Shown: positions 8,669 through 18,541 of the stretch, in pieces
How the letters are laid out: each line of letters starts with the position of its first letter
Position numbering within the stretch: the first letter of the stretch is position 1
Source of the DNA: Desulfobacterales bacterium
GTDB lineage: Bacteria > Desulfobacterota > Desulfobacteria > Desulfobacterales > JAHEIW01
DNA: 64,000 bases
Assembly: GCA_050122475.1 (NCBI GenBank)
Contig: JASFIV010000001.1
Location: 30,637-94,636 of the forward strand
Direction: 5' to 3'
Made by a program: the position numbers and the translations under genes
The notes under the pieces: generated by a model
The model's database searches: none
What the model saw: only the letters and a program-made list of their open reading frames with translations
What the model was told of the DNA's origin: nothing

Positions 8669-10957
8669 ATGGCAATCGGCAAATCCGTCAAACGCGTTGA
8701 CGCGGTGGCCAAAGTTACCGGTCGAGCGCGTTATACCGATGACTTTTACATGCCCGGAATGCTCGTGGCCAAATATCTGCGCAGCACCATCGCCCATGGC
8801 CGCGTGAGAAAGATTGATACCCGTAAAGCCAGGCAATACCCCGGCGTTGAAGCGGTCTTCACCTATAAAGATGTTCCCAAAACCAAATTTGCCACCGCCG
8901 GTCATCCCTACTCACTGGATGCGGCCCATAAGGATGTGGCGGACCGCCTGCTGCTTACCCAGCATGTCCGCTACTGGGGTGATGAAATTGCCATCGTGGT
9001 GGCTGAAAACAACATCATTTTACAGGAAGCCCTGAGGCTGATCGAGGTGGAATATGAAAATTACGAGCCTCTGGTAAGCCCGCAGGCCTCTTTGGCAAAA
9101 GGCGCACGTGAAATTCATGCCGGCTCGAAAAATGTCATCGGTGAATCTCAATATACGGTCGGCGGAAAGATCGATGATGCCCTGACCAAGGCCGACATTA
9201 CGCTTGAAAACGAATATCACACCCAGATGTGTCAGCACTGTCATATCGAAAACCATATTGCCTATGCCTATATGGATGATCTGGAGCATATCGTCGTGGT
9301 GTCATCGACGCAGATTCCGCACATTGCCAGAAGAATTGTCGGCGAAGCATTGGACATACCGTGGGGCCGGATCCGAATTGTCAAACCGTATATCGGTGGC
9401 GGGTTCGGTGCCAAACAGGATGTTATCCTCGAACCCATGGTGGCTTTTTTAACTCTACAATTGGGCGGGCGTCCGATCAAAATCGATCTGTCCCGGGAAG
9501 AATGTATGATCGGAACCCGGACCCGTCACCCATTTGACGTTAAGATGCGTGCCGGGGTCGATAAAGACGGGACCCTGGTGGCGCTGGATATGGAGGCTGT
9601 GGCCAATACCGGTGCCTATGCTTCTCACGGGCATTCGGTGGCCGGCGCCGCCGGCGCAAAATCGCGCTCGCTTTATCCCCGGTCGACCATGCATTATCAC
9701 GCCAGGACCGTTTATACGAACACTCCAACCGCCGGTGCAATGCGGGCTTACGGGGCACCCCAGGTGATATTCGCAGTTGAGTGCATCATTGAAGAGGCAG
9801 CGCGTAAAATCGGCATGGACCCGGTAGCGTTCCGAATCAAAAATGTGGCCCGCCAGGGCGATGCCGATCCGCTCAGCGGTGAGCGCTTTGAAAGCTGCGG
9901 TCTGATTGAATGTATGCAACAGGGTAAGGAGTTGATTGGCTGGGATAAAAAGCGGGCAGCCTGGCCGAAGAAACAGTCCGGCCCGCTGCGTCGCGGACTG
10001 GGTGTGGCCTGTTTTAGCTATGCCTCCGGGACTTATCCGGCCTGCATGGAAATTGCCGGTGCGCGCATTATTCTCAACCAGGATGCCTCCTTGCACATTC
10101 AGGTGGGCGCCACCGAAATCGGCCAGGGTCTGGATACGATTGTGGCACAGATGGCGGCCGAAACCGTTGGGGTCCCCTATGCGGATGTGCATGTGGTTTC
10201 TACCCAGGATACGGACGTGGCACCTTTTGATACCGGTGCTTATGCCTCGCGCCAGGCCTATGTAGCCAGTAATGCCGTATTTCGGGCGGCCCGGGAGTTG
10301 AAAGCCAAGATCCTCGAACACGCCGGCCGGGTAACCGGAAAACTGGGCGGAGAGCTCGACATTCTAAACGGCGATATCGTCGATCGCAAAAATCCAGAGC
10401 GTAAAGTGATTACCCTCAAAGAAGTGGCTCTGGACGCCTATTATGATAAGCAACGCGGCGGACAGTTAACCGCAGATGTCTCGCATAAAACCTGCACCAA
10501 TGCGCCCACCTTCGGCTGCACCTTTGTTGAAATCGAAGTGGACATACCCCTGTGCAAGGTGGATATAAAAGAAATATACAACATACATGACTCCGGTGTA
10601 ATTTTGCATCCGGTGATGGCCAAAGGCCAGGTGCACGGGGGCGTGGCCATGGGAATTGCGGCCGGGCTCTATGAGGAGATGAAGATCGATTCCAAAACCG
10701 GCAAGATATACAACAATAACTTTCTGGATTATAAAATACCGACGGTTGTGGATGTGCCGGATATCGGCTGTGAGTTTGTCGAAACATATGAGCCGTCTTC
10801 GGGTTACGGCAACAAGGCCCTGGGTGAGCCGCCGATTATTTCACCCCCTCCGGCGATTCGCAACGCCATTTATGATGCCACCGGCGTCCCGATTTACGAG
10901 TTGCCCATGACGCCGCATACGCTTTTTCGGTATTTTAAAAAAGCCGGGTTGATCTGA
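8669..10957 (+). CDS. Xanthine dehydrogenase-family molybdopterin-binding large subunit
   Basis: 762 aa with YIGGGFGAKQD and ATEIGQGLDT motifs typical of Mo-hydroxylase large subunits. It is followed by cognate FAD and 2Fe-2S subunits. AAGGAG lies 9 nt upstream of the ATG. Confidence 0.85.
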   Translation: MAIGKSVKRVDAVAKVTGRARYTDDFYMPGMLVAKYLRSTIAHGRVRKIDTRKARQYPGVEAVFTYKDVPKTKFATAGHPYSLDAAHKDVADRLLLTQHVRYWGDEIAIVVAENNIILQEALRLIEVEYENYEPLVSPQASLAKGAREIHAGSKNVIGESQYTVGGKIDDALTKADITLENEYHTQMCQHCHIENHIAYAYMDDLEHIVVVSSTQIPHIARRIVGEALDIPWGRIRIVKPYIGGGFGAKQDVILEPMVAFLTLQLGGRPIKIDLSREECMIGTRTRHPFDVKMRAGVDKDGTLVALDMEAVANTGAYASHGHSVAGAAGAKSRSLYPRSTMHYHARTVYTNTPTAGAMRAYGAPQVIFAVECIIEEAARKIGMDPVAFRIKNVARQGDADPLSGERFESCGLIECMQQGKELIGWDKKRAAWPKKQSGPLRRGLGVACFSYASGTYPACMEIAGARIILNQDASLHIQVGATEIGQGLDTIVAQMAAETVGVPYADVHVVSTQDTDVAPFDTGAYASRQAYVASNAVFRAARELKAKILEHAGRVTGKLGGELDILNGDIVDRKNPERKVITLKEVALDAYYDKQRGGQLTADVSHKTCTNAPTFGCTFVEIEVDIPLCKVDIKEIYNIHDSGVILHPVMAKGQVHGGVAMGIAAGLYEEMKIDSKTGKIYNNNFLDYKIPTVVDVPDIGCEFVETYEPSSGYGNKALGEPPIISPPPAIRNAIYDATGVPIYELPMTPHTLFRYFKKAGLI

Positions 10958-10960
10958 GTT

Positions 10961-11077
10961 AAAAGGACACAGATGAATACAGATATGACACAGATAGGTC
11001 AATCTCTACAAAAATGTTCAGAACTATTTAAAATTATTTCTTAAAAATCTGTGATTATCTGCGATAATCTGCGTTTT
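10961..11077. repeat. Word-repeat hairpin (ACAGAT words)
   Basis: aaaaggacacagatgaatacagatatgacacagatagg pairs with aaaaatctgtgattatctgcgataatctgcgtttt, around an AT-rich loop. Confidence 0.8.
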
Positions 11078-11118
11078 ATATTAAAACATTTCAGCTTGTT
11101 GAAATTTGGAGAGAATGA

Positions 11119-11997
11119 ATGTTCAATTTTAAAAGCTATACCAAGGCCGGTAGTGTTCAGGAAGCGATACAATTGTTAGCGCAAAATCCCGAGGCGCATC
11201 TGATTGCCGGCGGTACCGATATGCTGGTCAAACTGCACAAGGGCAAAGCGCAGTTTGATCATCTGGTGGATATTCATGACATCGCCGAACTCAATTATAT
11301 TACCCAAAACGATGCGGGTGATATCATCATTGGACCTCTGGCGTGCTTTACAGATGTGGCCGAATCCGAGCTCATTCGTAAGCACATCCCGGTCCTCTCG
11401 CAAGCCGTTCTCACCATCGGCGGGCCCCAGGTGCGCAATATGGCAACCATTGGGGGCAATCTATGCAACGGCGTGCCCAGTGCTGATAGCGCCACTCCCC
11501 TTATCGCTTTTAATGCAGCTGTGACGATCGAAGGGCGGGACGGATCCCGAAAAATGCCCCTTGAATCGTTTTTTCTGGGTCCCAGCCAGGTGGCGCTCGA
11601 GCAACATGAAATATTGACTGCCATTACCATCGCCCATGACAATTATGCTGATTATTTCGGGCATTTCCATAAGTATGCCATGCGGGAAGCAATGGATATT
11701 TCAACTATCGGTTGTTCGGCAGTCTGCAAGATTAAGAACGGAACCCTGCAGGACCTGCGGCTGGCCTTTGGCGTGGCTGCACCGGTCCCCATCCGCTGCA
11801 AAGGAACGGAGGACAAAGTCCGAGACCGTAAAATTACACCGAAATTGCTCACTGATATTGCCAAGTCCGTATCGGCTGACGTGCGCCCGCGCACGTCCTG
11901 GCGGGCGGCCAAGGATTTTCGATTGCAAATCATTACTACCCTGGCTCATCGGGTTGTCGAGCAGGCCATATTAAACGCAGGAGGAGTCATTCAGTGA
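11119..11997 (+). CDS. Xanthine dehydrogenase-family FAD-binding subunit (CO dehydrogenase flavoprotein-like)
   Basis: 292 aa with the LIAGGTDMLV FAD-binding PCMH-type motif. It lies between the Mo and 2Fe-2S subunits. Confidence 0.85.
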   Translation: MFNFKSYTKAGSVQEAIQLLAQNPEAHLIAGGTDMLVKLHKGKAQFDHLVDIHDIAELNYITQNDAGDIIIGPLACFTDVAESELIRKHIPVLSQAVLTIGGPQVRNMATIGGNLCNGVPSADSATPLIAFNAAVTIEGRDGSRKMPLESFFLGPSQVALEQHEILTAITIAHDNYADYFGHFHKYAMREAMDISTIGCSAVCKIKNGTLQDLRLAFGVAAPVPIRCKGTEDKVRDRKITPKLLTDIAKSVSADVRPRTSWRAAKDFRLQIITTLAHRVVEQAILNAGGVIQ

Positions 11998-12467
11998 ACC
12001 GACAAATTAGCTTTAGCGTAAATGGCAAGAAAAAAGAAATCCGAGTTGATGTGCGGCAATCTCTGCTGGAAGTCCTGCGCGAACAACTGGGACTGCTCAG
12101 TGTCAAACAGGGATGCGCTGTGGGTGAGTGTGGTGCCTGCACGGTTTTAATCGATGATGTGCCGATTGATTCCTGTCTGTATCTGGCGGTCTGGGCCGAC
12201 GGCAAATCCATTCGAACGGTGGAAGGCGAAAGCGGCGGCGATAAGCTTTCCAGGGTACAGCAAGCATTTGTGGATGAAGGTGCGGTGCAGTGCGGCATCT
12301 GTACGCCTGGCTTTGTAATGGCCGCCACATCTTTTGTCGAAAAGCACAAGCAGCAGAGCGCCAGCCGCGATGACATACGGCGCGGTCTGGCCGGCAACCT
12401 ATGCCGCTGCACGGGTTATGATACCATTGTGACCGCCGTGCAAAAGTGTCTGGATGACGACGATTAA
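11994..12467 (+). CDS. Xanthine dehydrogenase-family [2Fe-2S] small subunit
   Basis: Carries GCAVGECGACTV, QCGICTPGF and NLCRCTGY cluster motifs. The GTG start overlaps the upstream stop (GTGA at 11994-11997), with GGAGGAG upstream. Confidence 0.85.
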   Translation: MNRQISFSVNGKKKEIRVDVRQSLLEVLREQLGLLSVKQGCAVGECGACTVLIDDVPIDSCLYLAVWADGKSIRTVEGESGGDKLSRVQQAFVDEGAVQCGICTPGFVMAATSFVEKHKQQSASRDDIRRGLAGNLCRCTGYDTIVTAVQKCLDDDD

Positions 12468-12533
12468 CCGTCATGCCCCGCAGGTGGCTTGCAGCGCCGA
12501 AACCCGTGCTTCCACTCAAATTTGGGCGCATCA

Positions 12534-12555
12534 ATCGTCAACCTATGTTGACAAT
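12534..12555. promoter_or_regulatory. Inverted repeat ATCGTCAAC-N4-GTTGACAAT (candidate operator)
   Basis: GTCAAC (12537-12542) and GTTGAC (12547-12552) are perfect reverse complements. The repeat lies in the gap between the xdh-type operon and bfr. Confidence 0.2.
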
Positions 12556-12826
12556 TCATTGGGCCATATTATGTTTGTTCAGTCTGTTTTTGTTTATGTA
12601 TCCCCGCCTAATATTGGATGCGCTTGAGCCCATATAAACGGTAATTTATCACCCGGGCGGCTCTCAAAACGGGGTTGCTTTTTTCCGATGCTCAGCAGCT
12701 GTCTTTATGACCATAAGGGCGGCAAAACGTGCCTGTTAAGGGCGCTTTATTGAAATTCGGTATACATACCAAAACCACTAGTTGGCAAAGTTAACTGTTA
12801 AACAGGGTAATTATGGGAGGATAAAC

Positions 12827-13366
12827 ATGGGAAAAACACCTAGAGAAAAAAGAACGCAAAAAGTCATTGAGGTACTGAATAAGGCCCGCGCCATGGAGCT
12901 GCAAGCGATACATCAGTACATGAATCAACATTATAACCTGGACGATCTCGACTACGGGGAGTTGGCGGCAAAGTTAAAGCTCATTGCCATCGATGAGATG
13001 CGACACGCCGAGACGTTTGCCGAACGGATTAAGGAGCTTGGCGGTGAGCCCGTAACAGGGCATGACGGCACTGTTAAGAAAGGGCAGGCGGTCGAAGGTG
13101 TTTTCCCTTTCGATGCGAATCTGGAGGATCATACCATTGAGGTTTATAATGAATTCCTTCTGGTTTGCCGGGAAAATGGGGACAGCATCAGCATGAAAAT
13201 TTTTGAAGAGATCATTGACGAAGAGCAGCTGCATTACAATTACTTTGATAATGTTGACAATCACATTAAAAAGCTGGGGGATACTTATCTCGCCAAAATT
13301 GCCGGGACATCATCCTCAACCGGTTTGGGACCCAGCGGTTTTGCTGTATCCGGAGAAGGCGAATAG
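12827..13366 (+). CDS. bfr: Bacterioferritin
   Basis: The ferroxidase ligand pattern is present (MELQAIHQY, IDEMRHAE, LEDHTIEVYNE, DEEQLHYNY), including the heme-ligand Met in IDEM. GGGAGG lies 6 nt upstream of ATG 12827. Confidence 0.85.
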   Translation: MGKTPREKRTQKVIEVLNKARAMELQAIHQYMNQHYNLDDLDYGELAAKLKLIAIDEMRHAETFAERIKELGGEPVTGHDGTVKKGQAVEGVFPFDANLEDHTIEVYNEFLLVCRENGDSISMKIFEEIIDEEQLHYNYFDNVDNHIKKLGDTYLAKIAGTSSSTGLGPSGFAVSGEGE

Positions 13367-13401
13367 CGCCGGTAAAATCAAAATTTTCATAAAGATAGCA
13401 G

Positions 13402-13443
13402 AAAGATCGAGTAATTCTTCGAGGATTACTCGATCTTTTTTTA
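13402..13443 (+). terminator. Rho-independent terminator downstream of bfr
   Basis: Perfect stem aaagatcgagtaat / attactcgatcttt followed by a T-run. Confidence 0.8.
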
Positions 13444-13692
13444 CCGTTCGACCCAGTTGAGGCGTCACTTAGGATGAGGCCAGCAGCCAGAAGCGTGAAA
13501 ACGGAATTAAAAATGAATATCGAGTACGATTAAGATATATAATATAGATATCAGAAATCGAGAAGTCCAAAATTCCCGACCCCCACTACCTGCATTATTT
13601 TATACAGTCTACTAAAGTTTTCTCCTCTATGACCGATATTTTCTTTATACCATTGCGCATTGATTTCATGCCATCAATGGGGAGGGAATCGA

Positions 13693-14538
13693 GTGACAAA
13701 CAGGAAGATATACCGCATTGCGCTGCAAATCGAAGCATTCCCAGGCATGCCGACCACAGCCGCCAAGCTGCTTCCGCTTCTTGAAAATTACGATTCGACC
13801 GCATCTGAAATTGAAAGCATTTTAAAATACGATCCGGGCCTGACCGCCAATATCTTAAAACTGACCAATTCGGCCTATTTTGGCATTCCGACCCGGATCA
13901 GTTCGGTTCGACAGGCCATTGTATTGTTGGGCTGGAAGCGTCTGCTTCAGGTGGTGATGACCATTTGCATGAGTCCGCTCATGAATAAAACGATTCCCGG
14001 ATATGATATGCCCAGAGGGGCGCTCTGGCAGCATTCGATTGCCGTTTCGGTAGCAGCCGAAATCCTGGTCAAAGCCCTGAAAATACCTGATGCCGATGAA
14101 GTTTTTACTGCGGCGCTGTTGCATGATGTCGGCAAATTGATTCTGGGCGGATTTGTCAAAGAAGATTTACAGCAAATAGAAGATATGGTGAGCAAAGGCA
14201 TTACATTTGATGTGGCCGAATCCATGGTACTGGGAACCAACCATGCTGAAATCGGAGGCCAGATTCTGGACAAATGGTCTTTCCCAGCAGAACTGGTGAG
14301 CGCCGTTCAATGGCACCATGATCCTGAATCCTGTGAAGAAAGCTGTAACCTAAGTGACATAGTACACGTGGCGAACACTATGGGAATCATGACCGGTTAT
14401 GGAAAGATTGACCAGGAGCTGGCCCTGGAACACTTCGGCCCGGTGGCGGATCGTCTCGGGCTGGCACCCGAAAATCTGGAAGAGATGGCAAAGCAGACAG
14501 CCGCGCGGGTTAAGAAACTGATGACATCATGGGCCTAG
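13693..14538 (+). CDS. HDOD domain signalling protein
   Basis: Layout is typical of HDOD: LPGMP..AAKLL..L, DPGLTANILKLTNSAYFG and LLHDVGKL. GTG 13693 with an upstream GGGGAGGG is the preferred start; the ORF maximum begins at 13660. Confidence 0.7.
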   Translation: MTNRKIYRIALQIEAFPGMPTTAAKLLPLLENYDSTASEIESILKYDPGLTANILKLTNSAYFGIPTRISSVRQAIVLLGWKRLLQVVMTICMSPLMNKTIPGYDMPRGALWQHSIAVSVAAEILVKALKIPDADEVFTAALLHDVGKLILGGFVKEDLQQIEDMVSKGITFDVAESMVLGTNHAEIGGQILDKWSFPAELVSAVQWHHDPESCEESCNLSDIVHVANTMGIMTGYGKIDQELALEHFGPVADRLGLAPENLEEMAKQTAARVKKLMTSWA

Positions 14539-14569
14539 TTCCGGTAAGGACCGGTTTTATAAGGTTTGA

Positions 14570-16159
14570 TCAAAGGTAATCCTCCCATTGCCATTTCACC
14601 CCATCTGCCTTACTCTGACAATTCAGGTGTCCGTTAGCGGCTGCGTGATCAAGGGCAGATTCGAGTATTTTGCAATCGACTTTTTGATTCGAGATGATCC
14701 GGTCGATCAGCAACTTTAAGTTCTTTTCGGTGTTCACTTGCGGTCCTTGGTGCGGCCACGTACCGTTTTCCTCGATTATATTTTTCATCATCAGCTCATA
14801 TACCATGACCGCGCGTTCGAGATTTTCTAATTGGCTGACCTCATCGGCAGATGCCGTCCCTGCCTGGATGTTATTTTGAATATGCCCCAGATACTGATTA
14901 TATTTTTTTTCCCAGTCGCAGACCACCGCATTCAGCTGCAGCCGACTGGCATCGATAGTCTCCACCACCGCCCGATTGGCGTGGTATTTGGACCAATCAT
15001 CGGTTAAGATGCGGATTCCCAACCGATCCGCATGCGCACGCACCTCGGTGCCAGGAAAGGGAGCCAAAATGTGAAATCCATAGGCCAGCCCTTGCTGTTG
15101 CAATCCGGCGGCAAAGGATACGGTTTCTTCAATCGTATCGCGCGTTTCACCCGGCAAACCCAGAATAAAAGAAGCATTTGGGCTGATGCCGACTCGTAGG
15201 CACATCCGCACCGCTTCCTGAATCTGATCAAGGCGGATCCCTTTTTTGATGGTTTTTAAAATAACCGGATTGGCCGACTCGATCCCGAAACTGACGGCTG
15301 TGCACCCGGCGGCCTTCATCTTTAACAGCAGTTTTTCGGAAACCGTATCGACACGCGCGAACGCGGTCCAGTTAATATCTAAATTATGCCGTTGGATGGC
15401 ATCACAAACTGCCCGGCAATGATCCGCGTTGGCGGTAAAAAGATCGTCCGCGATGTTGATGCGCTCAAACTGTCGTTTGGCCAGATAGGCCAGCTCGCTG
15501 ACAATCCGATCGACACTGTGGTAACGCACCTTGGCGCCGCCCATCTTGCGCCCCACGCAGAAAATGCACTGATAGGGGCATCCCCGGCTGGTGGTCAGGG
15601 TTGCCGGCAAGCCCAGAGCTCGGTATCGGCCCATAGACAGCAGGTGCCGGGCCGGTAATGGCAGGGTGTCCAGGTTGGCGATAAATTGACGCCTGGGTGT
15701 GGTGTTAATTTGAGAGCCCTGTCGAAAGGCAATGCCGTTGACACTGCTTAAATCCCCGCCACTTTTGAGCGTCTGCATGAGCTCAACTATCGTTTGCTCG
15801 CCCTCACCCCGAACGACCACATCCAGTTCCGGGTTCTCTTCCAGGGTTTCAGGCGCACGGAACGATACATGCGGTCCGCCCATAACGCACAAAATTTGAG
15901 GGTTTATCGTTTTAAGATCTATCAGTACCTGGCGGGCATGATCGAACGTCATGGTTACTGCGGTTGCGCCGGCAATATGTGGTTTGAAGCTTTTTACCGC
16001 GGTTTCCAGCCCGGCTGGCGAGTAAGGATAAACGACAAAATCCAGAATTTTTACCCGGGCACCGGCCTGCTCCAGGGCCGCCGCCAGATAGGCCAGCCCA
16101 AGCGGTGGAGAAGGGGTCTCAGAAATAGGGTAAAAGGGATTGATCAGCAGGATGCGCAT
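14570..16159 (-). CDS. B12-binding-domain radical SAM protein (class B)
   Basis: Has an N-terminal Rossmann-like B12-type domain (MRILLINP..PLGLAYLAA) and the canonical TSRGCPYQCIFC (CX3CX2C) motif. Confidence 0.8.
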   Translation of the reverse strand: MRILLINPFYPISETPSPPLGLAYLAAALEQAGARVKILDFVVYPYSPAGLETAVKSFKPHIAGATAVTMTFDHARQVLIDLKTINPQILCVMGGPHVSFRAPETLEENPELDVVVRGEGEQTIVELMQTLKSGGDLSSVNGIAFRQGSQINTTPRRQFIANLDTLPLPARHLLSMGRYRALGLPATLTTSRGCPYQCIFCVGRKMGGAKVRYHSVDRIVSELAYLAKRQFERINIADDLFTANADHCRAVCDAIQRHNLDINWTAFARVDTVSEKLLLKMKAAGCTAVSFGIESANPVILKTIKKGIRLDQIQEAVRMCLRVGISPNASFILGLPGETRDTIEETVSFAAGLQQQGLAYGFHILAPFPGTEVRAHADRLGIRILTDDWSKYHANRAVVETIDASRLQLNAVVCDWEKKYNQYLGHIQNNIQAGTASADEVSQLENLERAVMVYELMMKNIIEENGTWPHQGPQVNTEKNLKLLIDRIISNQKVDCKILESALDHAAANGHLNCQSKADGVKWQWEDYL

Positions 16160-16169
16160 TATTCAATAT

Positions 16170-16403
16170 CAGGTTTCAGTGTTCAGGTGTCAGTAACCAA
16201 GGCTTAAAGGTTTAGGGTTCTGGATTCACGGTTTGCGCACCAGATGACAGACAACAGATAACAGAGGACAGAATGTGTTGTTGAAAATCAAAAAATCGTC
16301 ATCTGCCTTCTGTTATCTAACCGCTGAACCTTGCCTGCCGTGCCGTAGCATTCGCGAAGGCGGCTGAGCGGTGGACCTTTGAATCCTGAACCTCTGAACC
16401 GAT
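16170..16403. repeat. Nested word-repeat hairpins (TTCAGG/GAACC outer arms; ACAGA-word inner hairpin; GC-rich second inner hairpin)
   Basis: Outer arms aaaggtttagggttctggattcacggtt and acctttgaatcctgaacctctgaaccgat pair. The inner hairpin pairs cagatgacagacaacagataacagaggacaga with tcgtcatctgccttctgttatct. Confidence 0.75.
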
Positions 16404-16407
16404 GAAC

Positions 16408-16440
16408 AAAAATGGGGCCCGGAAAGTGAATCCAGGCCCC
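16408..16440 (-). terminator. Rho-independent terminator downstream of fhs
   Basis: On the minus strand, stem GGGGCC..GGCCCC is followed by ATTTTTG, about 30 nt after the fhs stop. Confidence 0.65.
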
Positions 16441-16468
16441 ATCGCTTATATGGTTCATATTTGCCTAA

Positions 16469-18232
16469 TTAGAACAATCCTGACACCTGTCCGGTTTTGA
16501 CGTCGACATCCACCCGTCTGAAAGCCGGGTTGGAGCCGGTTCCGGGCATCAGGCTGATGGTACCGGCACAGGGGCACAGAAACTTCGCACCGGAATAAAT
16601 CAGCACGTCCCGCACGGGCAGCGTCCAGCCTTTAGGCGCACCCTTGAGCGTCGGATCATGGCTCAGACTGAGATGGGTTTTAACCATCATGGTGGCAAAG
16701 TCAGCGTACATGGGATCGTTCTCGAGCATTTTGGCCTTGGCTTCGGCTTCCGGGGTCCAGGCCACGCCATCAGCACCGTAGACTTCCTTGGCGATGAGGT
16801 CGACGCGGTCGCGCAGTTTCATCTCCAGCGGATAGAGGAATTTGAAGTCGTTTTCATCTTCGCAGGCCTCGACCACGGCATCGGCAAATTCCAGGGCACC
16901 ATCGCCGCCCATCTCCCAGTGTTTGGACTCGGCGCAGCGGGCGCCGGCTGCCTCTGCTGCTGCGCGGACAACCTTACATTCATCATCGGTATCGGTGTAA
17001 AACCGGTTGATGCACACCACCGGGTTGATACCGGCCTTGCGAATGGTGTTGATGTGATGCACCATGTTCACACAGCCTTTTTCAACCATCCCGACGTTTT
17101 CTTTGGTATACTCATCCGGCATGGCGATGCCCGGCGTCACCTTAGGTCCGCCGCCGTGGCTCTTGAGCGCGCGGATGGTGGTGGTCAGAACCGATACATG
17201 CGGTTTCAATCCACTGAAGCGGGATTTGACATTCCAGAATTTTTCAAAGCCGATATCGGCGCCAAAACCCGATTCGGTGACATGGTAGTCGAACAGTTTC
17301 AAACCAACCCGGTCGGCGATAATAGAGGACTGGCCGACAGCGATGTTGGCAAACGGGCCCGCATGAACCATGCAGGGGTTGTATTCGGCGGTGCACATCA
17401 TGGTGGGATTGATGGTGTTGCGCATAAAAGCGGTCATGGCGTTACCGCATTCCAGGTCACCGGTGGTCACCGGCTTGCCGCTCTTATCGAATGCCACCGT
17501 GATGTTGTTGAGCCTTTCTTTCAGATCAGCTAGATCACGGATAACCGACAGGATGGCCATACACTCAGAGCCCACGGCAATCCCGAATTTGGACTGCATG
17601 GTAAAGCCGTCCATGCGGCCTCCGATGCCGATGATAATGTTTCGTAAAGCCTGGGCACAAAAATCCATGATCCAACCCAGCTCAACACGGGTAGGATCAA
17701 TGTTCAGCCGCGGCATGCCGGTCAGCCGATCCAGCTGCTCATCGTTGTAGTTGCGCTCATGCTGCATGCGCGCTGTTAAAGCCACCATAGCCAGGTTGTG
17801 GGCATTCATGATGTCGTTGATGTCGCCGGTCAAACCCAGGGAAAATTCGGTCATCGGAATCAGCAACGAGTTGCCGCCGCCGGCAGCGGTTCCTTTGACG
17901 TTCATGGTGGGCCCACCGGAGGGTTGGCGCAGCGCGCCACCCACGTTTTTCCCGCGTTTGCCGAGACCTTCCATCAAACCGCAGGAAGTGGTGCTTTTGC
18001 CTTCACCCAGTGGTGTGGGCGTGATGGCGGTCACCTCGATGTATTTCCCGTCCGGTTTGTCCTTGAGCCGGTCGATAATTTTAAGAAAATCGAGTTTTGC
18101 CAACCGGCCCATCGGAAGAATTTCATCCTTTTCGAGGCCAAGTTTGTCACGCCATTCTTCCGGCGTTGGCATGTTCTTTTCTGCCTCTTCAGAAATCTGC
18201 CAGTCTGCCATCTTTACTGCATCGTAAGCCAT
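16469..18232 (-). CDS. fhs: Formate-tetrahydrofolate ligase
   Basis: 587 aa with the [13 protein letters not shown]-loop and overall Fhs-like sequence. AAGGAGGG lies 9 nt upstream of the ATG. Confidence 0.92.
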   Translation of the reverse strand: MAYDAVKMADWQISEEAEKNMPTPEEWRDKLGLEKDEILPMGRLAKLDFLKIIDRLKDKPDGKYIEVTAITPTPLGEGKSTTSCGLMEGLGKRGKNVGGALRQPSGGPTMNVKGTAAGGGNSLLIPMTEFSLGLTGDINDIMNAHNLAMVALTARMQHERNYNDEQLDRLTGMPRLNIDPTRVELGWIMDFCAQALRNIIIGIGGRMDGFTMQSKFGIAVGSECMAILSVIRDLADLKERLNNITVAFDKSGKPVTTGDLECGNAMTAFMRNTINPTMMCTAEYNPCMVHAGPFANIAVGQSSIIADRVGLKLFDYHVTESGFGADIGFEKFWNVKSRFSGLKPHVSVLTTTIRALKSHGGGPKVTPGIAMPDEYTKENVGMVEKGCVNMVHHINTIRKAGINPVVCINRFYTDTDDECKVVRAAAEAAGARCAESKHWEMGGDGALEFADAVVEACEDENDFKFLYPLEMKLRDRVDLIAKEVYGADGVAWTPEAEAKAKMLENDPMYADFATMMVKTHLSLSHDPTLKGAPKGWTLPVRDVLIYSGAKFLCPCAGTISLMPGTGSNPAFRRVDVDVKTGQVSGLF

Positions 18233-18447
18233 CTACTTAACCCTCCTTTCCAGTTTTTGATAGAGCTGTTGCGAAATCGTATCAAGGAACCCTTTGTGAC
18301 CCACTTTATTATAAAGCACTCCAAGCTGCATTAAAAACACCATGCGTTTACCATCTGACCGGGCGTTTGGCAAGTAATTTGTTATCAAAGGTGTCAGGTA
18401 TCCCACCTTCGCCTGAAAAGCTATGGCGCGGCAAGCAGTTGACAGTT

Positions 18448-18536
18448 CTCAGAGGACAGAGGTCAGACGACAGATGAGATAGGCCGGAAAATGATGCAGC
18501 CTTTCTGACCTCTGTCTTCTGTCTTCTGTTTTCTGA
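18448..18536. repeat. Word-repeat hairpin (CAGAGGACAGAGG words)
   Basis: tctcagaggacagaggtcagacgacagatgag pairs with ctttctgacctctgtcttctgtcttctgttttctga. Confidence 0.8.
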
Positions 18537-18541
18537 CACAT

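Noticed and set aside
9455-10321. Long antisense ORFs inside well-supported genes. Examples: 9455..10321(-) in the Mo subunit, 3906..4655(-) in ygfK, 16658..17533(+) and 17798..18334(+) in fhs, 44843..45454(-) in nodT, 1110..1571(-) in ygeW, and 52704..53120(+) and others in the AsmA-like gene.
   Set aside because: Their translations are Arg/Gly/Pro/His-rich and low in complexity. They lack start-site signals and lie fully opposite genes with clear family motifs. They are typical shadow ORFs.
12653-12690. Intrinsic terminator after the 2Fe-2S subunit gene (cccgggcggctctcaaaacggggttgctttttt).
   Set aside because: The T-run is present, but the preceding sequence forms only a 4-5 bp stem. That is too weak to call.
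13300-13366. Encapsulin cargo-loading peptide at the bacterioferritin C-terminus.
   Set aside because: The tail (TGLGPSGFAVSGEGE) does not resemble the GSL-x-IGSLK-type targeting consensus that I recall. No encapsulin shell gene is in the window.
18233-18541. ZTP (pfl) or THF riboswitch upstream of fhs, which would be a classic context.
   Set aside because: Reading the minus-strand leader, I could not find the conserved ZTP elements (GGGUCGUGAC..., CCGCCUGGGCA-type 3' box) or a THF-like core. Most of the gap is occupied by a word-repeat hairpin. An Infernal scan would be needed to be sure.
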